Assembly: GCA_000091205.1 (NCBI GenBank)
Contig: AP006495.2
From: Cyanidioschyzon merolae
Lineage: Eukaryota
Reading direction: 5' to 3' (one strand)
Length of the DNA: 64,000 bases
Part shown: piece after piece, positions 42,501 to 53,215 of the stretch
How positions within the stretch are numbered: the first letter of the stretch is position 1
How the letters are laid out: every line of letters starts with the position of its first letter
Notes under the pieces: generated by a model
The model's database searches: none
Told to the model about the DNA's origin: nothing
Seen by the model: the letters and a program-made list of their open reading frames with translations, nothing else
Made by a program: the position numbers and the translations under genes

Positions 42501-45500
42501 ACTCGAGCGTCTCGTTTCTGGTGTTCAAGAAGTGCTCTTCTTTCGGGCGTGGCTAGCGCAACAAGCAGCTCCCAAGCAAAACGTGTGGCATGGCGGCAGC
42601 GTCTACGATATCCAGTGCCAGCCGTACTTTGCATCGATCGTTGTGGAGCGTCAACTGACCTCGCCACGAGGCCACGAGGCATCCTCATCCACCATACAGG
42701 TACAGTTGTTATCCGAGGAGCTGGAACTGCGCTTTGGTGTCGATGACCTGGTGCTGTGTCTGCGCACCCTGGATGGACTCTTGAACACTCTGTTTCAGCG
42801 ACTGCAGACGGCGCGAGTCCGCAGAGCCTGGTACCGACATCGTCTAGCGCTGCGGAGTGCGGCGTTTGTGTCTCGCGCCAGTGGACGTCTGGGGGCAGCT
42901 CTACTGGGGCTCGCGGACACCGACCTCCATCATCGACGTTTCAGTGGCAGTATCAGGAGTAGTTATAGTGCTGGTGGTAGTGGTGCGCCCAGCATCGACC
43001 AAGAACGCGACTCGGAGCACCTGGATCATGGTGCTCGTGATACCGATAATGACGAAGGCCATGCTGCTGGTAACGAGAGCACGGGTGCAGCGGCAACAGC
43101 GCGCCACTTACATCAGCGAGGTTCTTCGGGGCGGCGACCACTGGGCCTGGCAGCTGCGGCAGTCAACTCGGGTCCGTTGAAGGCCTGGTTAAGCGAGAGA
43201 CTTGGGCGTCGTCGCACTGTACCTTCAGCGAAACAGGCTCAGTCACTGGATGTGCACGTTCCGCGAAGGCATGCCGTGGATGCTGCAGCAGCAGCTGCTG
43301 CTGCTGCAACGACACGGGGGATCGATCTGGAAGCTGGATTGCAGGCAAAGGAGCAGCAAAGCTTCCTGGATCAGAGTCGTGAATCCGGCAAGAGGAGGAC
43401 GCTCGCTTCATTACTCAGGAGCAGCTTATCCATGGATTCAGACGCACAAAGCGCCCCAAGGCCTGCCGAGCGTATCGATAGCACCTCACCGCGTTCACCG
43501 ATGCATTTGGACGGCACGAGTACTACTCCCGATACTGGTGCTACAGCCGGTGCTACTGCTGCGTCAACCGGTACGCCCGAGCAGACGATCCATTGGCAAG
43601 GAAGTATCGGTCCGATTCGCTTCTCGCTCATGGACACGTTTGCACAAGTACCGTACGCACTTGTGAGCCTAGCGCTGTGCCCCGAGGACCTCGAGGTGAC
43701 CTGGGCACCCGACCAACAAGCGCTGGGTGTGACGGTGCACCTTCGCATGGCCATGCACACCTTCGCGTCTGATCGCTTGGTATGGGATCCACTGGTGGAC
43801 CCGTTCAATCTCTGGATTCGAAGCCGTTCCCAGATCAACCAGACACTGGACACGATGACGCTGGGGGTAGCCATCGAGGTGCCCGAGTCCATTGAATGCA
43901 CCGTCAGCGATCGTTTTATTCAGGCTATCGCTCAGACGGATCAACGAATCCGGCACGAGTTCGCAATGGAGCATCGTCAGCTCGGTCGACATCGTCAGTT
44001 GCGGCACCGACAGCGAGCTTGGGTCCGATGGACGCGTCCTCGGTCGGAGCCGCAGCTGCTGGAGTTGTACAACGCGACGGAGCTGGTGCTTTGCCTAGAG
44101 ACGCAACTGCAACTGGTACCGCTGCAGCTTGCCCCTGGGGCGCGAGTTGCGCTGCCCCTGGTAGCGCCTCTGCCCAGCACCTGTTGTTGGTATCCCGCTG
44201 ATGACGATCGACAGCGAGCAGATGCTGCGTTTCGCGCGAGACTCTGGGTCCAGGACGCAACCGCTGCAGCTGCATCCTGCTTGACCTCGCCCTGGACACC
44301 GGCCTGGTTGAACCTGAGTCATTACGGGCGTCAGCTGTTGCGTCTGCAGTGGCAGGCTGGGGGTATCGGGGCCGCTTTGGCTGCCACAGACTCGATACCA
44401 GCCAAGGCTGCTGCTGGGGCTGCTGCTGGGGCTGCGGCGCCATTCCTGGAGTTGCTCATGATTGGGGCCCTGCGTGGTGAGCAACTCACGGTATCGTTCC
44501 ACAGCCCCGTTCTGGTACAGAATACGACGGGAACAAGTCTGCGGTTACGTCTACGTGTTCCTGGTGGGTCTCCAGTGCCAAAGTCCGCGTCGAACAAGCC
44601 CCATGCGATCGAGATTCGCTCCTGGTACGCACATCAGTTCGCGTGTTATCATCAGAGTCGCAAAGCCGACCCCACACCAGTCCCGAAAACACGTCACCGT
44701 GCCACCGATGAACAGCCCGCAGGTGTTGACTGCTGGCAACGCGCTGCTTGGCCAGCGACTGCGGCAACACTGGACGCTTCGAGTACAGCGGCAGACTCGC
44801 AGCTAGCGTACGCGTCTCTGGACGTGAACCAGCGCTCTAGTGTCGGGACTAGCGCACCATCAGATGAAGCACCGGGTGATGTAGCCGGAGCATCGTACCA
44901 GAGGTCAGGTGTGGATCGGAACTGGGCACCAAGCCAAGCGCCATGTGCGGATGCTGCTACTACCGGTACTGCTATTGCTGGTACTGGTACTGCTGCATCG
45001 ACGCAGAGACCTGGTAGCGCATCTGCAACACCACGGACACGTTCCGTGGAAACCCAGCTGGTGCTGGAGACGGTGATACCGCCACAAGGCGTTCGTTCGC
45101 TACCGCTCGCGTTCTCGACGCTCGACGGAGAACTGTACATTCAGGCGTATCGCCGACCAGAGTCGCGAGTCCCGGCCAATGCCTGCGACTCGTCCGGGGT
45201 TTCGCGAACACCTGCTGAGGCCCTGGACTCGCAGTCTTCTTCGTCTGACGCTTTGAGGAGCAAAGAGCCGCCACCAAACGCTCCATTGGAAATGGGTGCG
45301 TTTCTGCGAGCGACGCAACTGGAGCCGTTGCTGATGGAAGCGCGGCACAGCGCCGTCTGCTTACCGCTCTACAGTGAAACAAAATACGCCGCTTTTGGTA
45401 CCGGAGGGAGAGCAAATGCTGGAGTTGCCGCTTCACAACGACGAGTGCTCTGGTATGCGCGAATGCAAGCGTTCCGTATGAGATCGGATGCCTGGTGGCT

Positions 45501-48500
45501 CGCCCTATCCATTCTACCAGTTGTCAAGGTACTGAATGCGCTTCCGTATCCTGCAACACTGGACCTGCTGCAGGACGGTCAACGCACTGGACGCCTATCG
45601 CTGGCCAGTGGCGCCGAGGACACCATCACTGGCGTCAACTGGATGCGCCCCTGGCTCATGGAGTGGTCGGTTCGTGAGCCCGACGACACCTACAAGTGCC
45701 GGGTGCCTTCTGTGTTCACCCTGGAGGCGCCTCGCAGCCTGCCTGATGCATCCCAGTCCTACTGGGATGGCTGGTTCCGCGGTCAACAGACGAATGCACT
45801 GCGGTGCTGGCGCTTGCAACTCGCTCCTCATGGCGACCTGGATCGGTCGAGTGCGCGTTGGCTGCTCACGTTGACGGCTAGTTACTGGTTGCTGAACTTT
45901 ACGAATATCGCCCTGGACGTGCTGCCTTTGAATCCGGTGCCACCAGCGACACCGTCTGCGGACCGCTCGAGCCGCTGGTGCTGGGTATCGTCGTCGACGA
46001 AGAAGCAGCGACCTGATGTGCTTGGCGAGGTCGCTGCAGAGCTGCAGGCACCGTGTACACGAGACGCTGCCACCCGGCAACCGACGCACGAGCTCGATAC
46101 CGAGTCGCCGGTGCGCTTGCACAGGGCGAATGCAACGGTACCGCCCGGCGTACCGGGTTATCCTGAAGTGTCCGTAACAGCAGCATCGTCGCAGGGCGTC
46201 TTTCCGGCACTCCAGGCCGCGCTGTCGTCGTCGCTCGAGTCGAGGTCTGAGCTCGCGTCCGGCGCTCCACAGCAGCAGCATGCTCGCACTGCGTTCGAGA
46301 GAGGAACCGAGGGCTTGTGGATGCTCTCGCTCACGAGTGCGGCTCCGGCTGCTACCATGGCGAACCGTGCCCGGTTTGGGGTACAGGCTTCACCGACATC
46401 CGATCGTCATCAGAGTCGTAGACAACGGCGATTCGCTGGCGGATCGGTGGACGTGCGGTATCAGACCCTGGGACGCAGCGAGTTTGTGCTCGACGGTTGG
46501 CCGCTGGTGATTCATCGTCAGCCTCACTGGGAACTGACCGGTGTCACGCTGGTCTCTTTGCATCCGTATTTGCTCATTCAGAACGCGTCGACGTTCGCAG
46601 TGGCGGTCAGGGCCTTGCATGGGTCATCTGCAGCAGTCCTGGAGCTGCCTGCTTCGGCTGGCTCTGAAGCGTCTGGTGCGTTCTCGGTACGTCCGCTGCG
46701 GCTTTGGCAGCATGGACGAGGACGAAGTGCCCGCTCCTGGCTCAGTCGACCCGTGCTGTCGCTAGCTGTTCGAGAGGATCGTTGTGAGGAAGCCTCGGCA
46801 ATCAACTGGCACTGGTATCGTGACCTGCCGCTGAAAGAGGATCGCGTATTCACGCTGAGCTTTATCATGGAGCATCTGTTGTTGGCGAGTCATCTGGGCG
46901 CCCAGCGTGTACAACTGGTCGAGCGACCTGGTACTGGTGGTAGCACTGGGCTCAAGTCGCATTCCATGAATCCGCACGGAACGGAAGCAGAGCAGCAGCA
47001 GCAGCAGCAGTCGTGTTCGCGGCTGGAAACGGGTAATCAGCATGGAACGAAAGCGAGTCAGCCGGTTGGCGCAAGTCGGTCGAAAGCACGGTTGCTTGAA
47101 TCGAACGTGGATCAGAGACGACACCAGCGCAATGACGACCCGCATAAGCAGCGGTATCCGACGCGGTACCAGGAACAGGATCAGGTTCAGTTGGGTACCT
47201 GTCGACAGGGGGAGCTTCCAGATACGAAGCGCCACCAGCATTGGCAACGTTACAGCAGCAACGAAAGCGCCCACTTACGCGAAGCTTTTGAATGCCTGCT
47301 GCACGTTCAGGTCAGCAGCAACCTCTTGGGTCAGAAAATCGTCATCCTGAGCGACGAGTTACCCACCAGTCCCCGGTTTGCGCTCTGGAATCGTACACCC
47401 TATGTGATCCTCTATCGGTGGATGCCACCGCAGACCCTGGCGCTGGGCGGTAGCCTGTTCCATCGACGGCGCTGTATGTTTCAAGTCGCCAGGCCGTACG
47501 CGCGCCTAACACTGAGTCCAGCCTGGGTCACGGAACACTACTGCTTGCAAGCGATGGCGTTTGCGTCGCTGCGGGAGGCGCTCGAATGGCGTCTCTGGCG
47601 GCATGGACAAGTCTACGACCTCATGGAGCCGCAACGCTATGCAGCATTACCTGTTCAGGGACAAGCTGGCACCGCCATTGACCTGGTTTATCCACAGGTT
47701 GACCTCGTTGGGACCGGCACTGCCCAGCTGGTATTCAGTAGCACCCGGCATACTGCCGCAACAGCAACGACGACTGCGACTACAACGGATACAGCGCAGC
47801 ACACGTCGACGTCAGCGCAAGCGCGGGCGCTCATCGAAACCTCCTTCATGAGCGCTGGTGCCCAGGCGTCTGCATCCAACGAGGTCCCGCTGTTGGGCGC
47901 TTTTCTCCACCGGCAGCGCGGAGCACCATCGCTGGAAATCCTGCTCCAGGTAGAACTGAAGCGCGCGGCAGTCTCGTTGGTGCTGTGCGATTCGCATCAG
48001 CGTTTCTTCGAGATGCTCTATGCGGCGGCCTCGGGAATGGAGCTCTTCCTCCATACCTGCGGACCGGAGTCGTCTTTATCTCTCCAGGTGACTAGCGTTC
48101 AATGCGATAACACGTTACCTTTCTACGTATCTCCGGTATTGATGCTGACCCGCGAGCAGCCGTGGCTCTCGTGTGCGGCGCGGTGGCGGCAACATGCCGG
48201 TGGTCGGCACTACTACAGCATTCAGCTGCGTATCGCCGAGTTGCTGGTGATGTTGGATGATGGACTTTTATGGCAGTTGTTGGAGGCTGCGCGTGAGCTC
48301 TGGTCGAGCTTTTCGCAACGTCGGGCGGGACTGGAGCGCACTGCCCCCGTGCTTCGGAGTGTGCTGGAGGCCGTGGATGCGCCCAGCTTGTGGCTTGCGT
48401 CCAGTCGAGCGGTTGCAGAGCAGCGTCGAGCGCCCTCTTTCTTCCAGCTTGTACGGGTCGAGCGTATGCGCCTGCGGCTATCGTTCAAGACGGATCGGGA

Positions 48501-50067
48501 ACGCGCACTGGAAACTGCGGCCTTGACACGCCAAACGCTCTTCAACGCGGGTCTGGTGCTCACGGAACTCGACAATGCATTGGTTCTGGTGGGTGCATTC
48601 CAGCTACGTCAGGTGTATGCACCGCTTGTACAGGTCATTGAGCGCATGGTACAGCATGTGCTGTGGCAGTCGTTCCTGAGCTCGTATAACTTCATAGGTG
48701 GATTGAGCTGGCTCGGTGATCCAGCCGGCTGGTTGTATGAGCTTCGTGAAGGCACATTTGATTTCTTTAACGAGCCTATCAGTGGTCTGTTCGAGTCCAA
48801 TGAGGCGCTGTGGCGGGGGTTTCGGCGCGGGGCTTTTGCCCAGGGTCAAGCGCTCACCTTTGCGTTAACGCAACCTGCGGCACAGCTAGCCGGTAGTTTG
48901 GCTCGTGCACTCGGCACGATCAGCTTGAACAGGACCTTTGAGATCGCCCGAGCGCGTCAAGATCGCACGCTTGGTGAACCGGAGGATATCTTTCTCGGGA
49001 TCGCGTATGGTATGTTGGGTGCTGGTACTGCGCTCGGTGCCGCATTGACGGGCATATTCGTGGAGCCGGTGCGCGGGTACCGTCAGTCCGGCGTTGGCGG
49101 CTTGTTTCAGGGTCTTGTGGCGGGTCTCTGGGGATGGCTACCCCTGACTTTGGCCTCTTTTCTGGTGCTCGTTCAGAAGCTTGCCATGGGTATCCGCAAC
49201 CAGAACCGGGTGGATCTGCGAACACGAGAACGTCTCCGTGATCCACGTGTGCTCTACCGGGCCAGCGATGCACCGCTTCCACCGTATGTGGCGTATTTGG
49301 CGCGGGGTCAGCGGCTCTTGCACCAGGTTCAACGCGGAGCGCTAGCTACAGAGCCCTACGTCATACATATTGAGTTTGAAATGTCGGCGCTGGAGGACAG
49401 AGAGGAAGAGGAAGCACGGGACTCGTCGATGGAGGCGACGCAGCGCCCTTCGGTTTGGGGTGCTGTCTCGAGAAGGCGCCTAATCGGCTGGATATCCAAG
49501 GGCAGGTTGGCTTCGAGTCTCGGGAAGAATCCTGGTGCTGCTGGTGCTGGTGCTGGTGCTGGTGCTGGTGCTGGTGCTGGTGCTCAGGAAACGCTCATCA
49601 CGGTTGCCGTACCAGCGGCAGTCATTCTCTCCCGTTCATATCTTGTTGCTGTCGACGGGAATGGCGCGTTTCTGTGGCGTTGTCGGCTGGCTCGTATTGA
49701 GGCCATTCGTGAGCGCTCCGATCCGACGGGCATTCGCTGGTTATGGATCCAGGCCCGTCCGAGACGCGGACGAAGTAGACGTGCCTATCTGTTTAGCAAG
49801 CCAGAAGCAGCTGCTTCTGCTTCTGCTGCTGCTGGTGGTGGTGGTGCTGTCGTCATGACTTGGGCAGCATTACCGACACGTCCACCGAGCCCGTCGCTCG
49901 ACGCGTTTATGCAGCTTGTTTCGTTGATGAGACAACGACAGGCCTCGATGGAGGCGGCCTCTCTGCCGCCTAGCCGCGAGCCGTCGACAACGCGAGCCAC
50001 CAGTACGAACAAGGCGGCAGCGGAAACGCTCACGGCACTGGAAACGGATATCTTGGACGCAGTGTAA
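32674..50067 (+). CDS. Giant VPS13-like bridge-like lipid transfer protein (chorein-N family), 5797 aa, single uninterrupted ORF
   Basis: The N-terminal chorein-N pattern 'LRSLRLHWRRGWLELRNLNVPASM..LPVRLPVRFVRLHVGRLRIKVSWRAL' matches the VPS13/ATG2 pattern 'QL.L.L..G.L.L.NL.L...AL..L.LP..V..G.IG.L.L.IPW..L'. The C-terminal 'GIAYGMLGAGTALGAALTGIFVEPVRGYRQSGVGGLFQGLVAGLWGW' resembles VPS13 'G..GL..G..KPVEGA..EGAAGFFKG.GKGLVG'. The ORF is open for 17.4 kb. It contains low-complexity tracts, (GCTGGT)n microsatellites and seven 28-aa tandem repeats. Confidence 0.8.
34561..34596. repeat. Microsatellite (gctggt)n in coding sequence (Ala-Gly repeats)
   Basis: 'gctggtgctggtgctggtgctggtgctgccgctgcc'. 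Confidence 0.9.
40448..40975 (+). repeat. Perfect in-frame tandem repeat, 84 bp x ~6.3, encoding 'SSQTASENAGTSTGIRRAVTVPGEIPTR' repeats within the giant gene
   Basis: Unit 'atcgtcgcaaacagcatcggagaatgcaggcacgtcgactgggatacggagagcagtcaccgtccctggagaaatacctacgag'. Copies 2-6 are identical, copy 1 differs by one codon ('actgc'), and the last copy is partial. Confidence 0.95.
49533..49584. repeat. Microsatellite (gctggt)n ~x8 near 3' end of the giant gene (encodes GAGAGA...)
   Basis: 'ggtgctgctggtgctggtgctggtgctggtgctggtgctggtgct'. Confidence 0.9.
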
Positions 50068-50183
50068 AGACCGGGGTGAACGATTGGCGTCAATGCATGA
50101 GGACCAGGAAAGGAGCTCTTGTCGGTATATAGTATGCACCAGGAAGCACTTGCAGTGCACGTTACGCTGCAACGGATATAATT

Positions 50184-50448
50184 GCATGTACACAGCGATT
50201 TGGCGCCAAATGCCTACGTGTCCATCCAGTGCGTGTCTAGAATGATGCATGTCGAGTGTGATGCACATGTGGTGCATGCATGCTGGTGCATGTACACAGC
50301 GTTTTGGCGCCAAATGCCTACGTGTCCATCCAGTGCGTGTCTAGAATGATGCATGTCGAGTGTGATGCACATGTGGTGCATGTACACAGCGTTTTGGCGC
50401 CAAATGCTTACGTGTCCATCCAGTGCGTGTCTAGAATGATGCACATAT
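50184..50448. repeat. Tandem repeat ~90 bp x3 in the intergenic region downstream of the giant gene
   Basis: Unit 'gcatgtacacagcg[a/t]tttggcgccaaatgcctacgtgtccatccagtgcgtgtctagaatgatgcatgtcgagtgtgatgcacatgtggtgcatg'. The second copy has a 9-bp insert 'catgctggt'. Confidence 0.9.
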
Positions 50449-50817
50449 TACCTATTGACATTGCTACGCTTTCGCACATGCAACCTGCGCTTCAGCAACC
50501 TTTTCATCCCAAGCAATAAACTGGGTATCTGTTGCACTTCGAGTGGGGGAAAGCACGGGTATCGACTTTCGGACGAAGCGCAGCTATGGGGTCTGTTTTC
50601 ATTGATGCCGATTGTTGCCGCGCAAACCCCTGCTACGGCGAGAAGTAGGTCGTGCACGTTTCATACTTGTATTGACTGAACGTATTGCCCAATTTTCCGC
50701 ACATTTCAGTTGAACAGCTCCCATAATAATCAGCACCATCCCGGAGACCGGCAGTGACAAGGGACTCCACGTTCGCGGATTCGTGTCGCCGGTGACGTCA
50801 GCCCGCATTTTGGAGAT

Positions 50818-50870
50818 GCTGGTGCTGGTGCTGGTGCTGGTGCTGGTGCTGGTGCTGGTGCTGGTGCTGG
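50818..50870. repeat. Microsatellite (gctggt)n ~x9, intergenic
   Basis: 'gctggtgctggtgctggtgctggtgctggtgctggtgctggtgctggtgctgg'. Confidence 0.9.
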
Positions 50871-50928
50871 CGCCCGCGCCTTTCAACCGTCAGGTACCAT
50901 AGTCGCCCTATCTCGGACCGGACAACGC

Positions 50929-52224
50929 GTGTCGTCACGTCCGCGGGCCTACGTGCACCTGGCTCTCAGCATGTCGTCATCGACGCATCCTGAGACTGCT
51001 GCCGAGGTCGTAGTCGTGGTCGTCGGTTGCGGGATCAGTGCGCTCACGACGGCAGTGCACCTCCTGGAGACGTTCGGTTCAGGACGGCTCCTCGTGGGCA
51101 TCTACGGCGACCTGACACAACTGAATCAGACCACGTCTTGTGGTTGTGCGGGTCTATGGCTGCCGTTCCACATAGAACCACAGGACAAAGTGCGTGACTG
51201 GGCTCGCTCCACGTACCAGCGGTTTCTGCAGGACGCCGAAAACCCCGACACGGGCGTACGTTTCGTACCAGCGTACCAGTTTTACCCGAAACCACCGGAG
51301 AGTTTGCCCTACTGGCACGCAGACGTGCTCGACTTGGCCGTGATTGGACGCGATCAGCGTCCAGAGGAGACCTTGGCGAGCAGTGCACGTACCGAGTCAA
51401 CGGCGGTCGCTGACACAATGCCTTCGTTCCCGGACGGCTACTCGTATGCGCTTCAATGGCGTACGGCCGTGGTCGATATGCCCCGCTATCTCGAATGGCT
51501 CGTCGCAAGATTCCGTCGACTTGGCGGCATATTCTGGAACGAGAACTCTGGTGAACCACCATTGCCTTTACAAAGGTTGACAGATGTGGTACGTCGATGT
51601 CGCATACCGACCACGAACCGAATGACCATTGTCGTGAATGCTACGGGTCTGGGTGCGCGTACGCTCTGTGCTGACTCGGAGTTACGTCCAGCATTGGGTG
51701 TGCTCGTCCGCGTTCGCTACCCAATGCGATTCGTTTTGCAAGTAGCAGGCGGTCCACTCGGAGATCCGCAGTACCCCACCTATGTAATCCCACGAAACGA
51801 GGAGCTGTGCACCTGCGGCGGAACGGTGCTGTTCGATCTTCCAGCAGCAGAGCAGGAGCGACTTGTGCAGTTGTCGACCATCGCAGACCACTTGGAGCCT
51901 GAGCAAATACCACCAATTGCTCGCGACATGCTCGAGCGCTGCCGGCAACTCTACAAGCCGTGGCAAAACAAGGATGTCGCATTATCAGTGGCCGAGGTGT
52001 GGAGCGGCCTGCGTCCAGTACGCACCGGAGGTGTTCGCCTTGAGCTCGAGCGCTGGCCGGCGGCCGGAGAAGCGAACAATGCGGATGCCTCGCGGTGGAT
52101 TATCCACAATTACGGGCATGGAGGCGGCGGCGTCACCGTGTCCTGGGGTTGTGCAGCGGCAGTCACCGAGCTGGTTCGTTCGCTCTGCGAAACGATCGAC
52201 ACGGCTTCTTGCGGAAATGCGTGA
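50929..52224 (+). CDS. D-amino-acid oxidase family (DAO/DASPO) FAD-dependent oxidoreductase
   Basis: N-terminal dinucleotide-binding 'VVVVVVGCGISALTTAVHL'. C-terminal 'IIHNYGHGGGGVTVSWGCAAAVTELV' matches the DAAO signature 'VIHNYGHGGYGLTIHWGCA'. The start may be Met-15 ('MSSSTHPE'). Confidence 0.85.
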   Translation: MSSRPRAYVHLALSMSSSTHPETAAEVVVVVVGCGISALTTAVHLLETFGSGRLLVGIYGDLTQLNQTTSCGCAGLWLPFHIEPQDKVRDWARSTYQRFLQDAENPDTGVRFVPAYQFYPKPPESLPYWHADVLDLAVIGRDQRPEETLASSARTESTAVADTMPSFPDGYSYALQWRTAVVDMPRYLEWLVARFRRLGGIFWNENSGEPPLPLQRLTDVVRRCRIPTTNRMTIVVNATGLGARTLCADSELRPALGVLVRVRYPMRFVLQVAGGPLGDPQYPTYVIPRNEELCTCGGTVLFDLPAAEQERLVQLSTIADHLEPEQIPPIARDMLERCRQLYKPWQNKDVALSVAEVWSGLRPVRTGGVRLELERWPAAGEANNADASRWIIHNYGHGGGGVTVSWGCAAAVTELVRSLCETIDTASCGNA

Positions 52225-53215
52225 ACGTGGCGTGGTATCGTGCGTGGCGTCAGGATACGGTACCGCATTGCATGGCAGGGTGCGGTACTTTGCAAGCAGA
52301 TCAGTGCGGCGAACGAATTTGGGCCGCGCTCTGTAGCATTTCAGCCCCGGAACGCGGCAACTTCGAGCGCGTTGTCAGATACAAAATGTCGCCTCGCACA
52401 CTGCGTAAGGTCGACGCAGGGAAACGTTACACCGATCATATACTGCAGGGGCGTGGGCGGTACTCCCGAGCGCAACCCTCGGCTCGAAACACGTACAGAT
52501 AGACCCCAAAAGTCGAGCACTAGCGCAGCAGCAGCAGCAGTAGTAGTGGTAGCAGCATCCTTGATGGCTCGCACTGGCGTTCGCGAAATCAGATGGGAAG
52601 AGAGCGCGCCGACCGATGTTTGCACGATATACCTCCGGCAAACAGAAAGCGCGGTGCCATGTACAAGTCTGCAATATGACGACGGCTGCTGGTCGAATTG
52701 TGGCTACCGCTGTCGCGCCAAATTAGTCCGACGCTGCCTTCCGCCTGTCACAATAATCAGAACAAGTGCGCATTCAGAGGTCCTACACCGGATGGCCATC
52801 AGCTGACTCAAACCAGGAATCCGGTATTCCACAGTATTTGTCGGTTTGTGGAGGGGGCAACCCATGCTTGTCGTGCCGCAGACTTGAGTGTTTGCACACT
52901 GAAGAGCACGCTCACCATGACCTGGTTCGCGAAAGATGCCACGGACAAGCGGCTCCTGCCATCGGTGGATGACGAATGCCGTCTTTCGTGCTTGTGTGTG
53001 GCCCAGCTCCGATCCCGTCTTCATTGTCTCCGCCGTTGACAAGGCGGTGACAACGTAGTGCCAGTGCGGTGCATACTTACCCAATATTTTCTGGCTGCAC
53101 GTAGAAAACGTCTTGCGCGAAAGCAACGAGGTGTACGATATGAGGAACAACGATCTCTGTGCTGTTTGCGAGTTACTCTTTTGATTGCGTCATATCTTGT
53201 ATCGCAAGACTTAAC

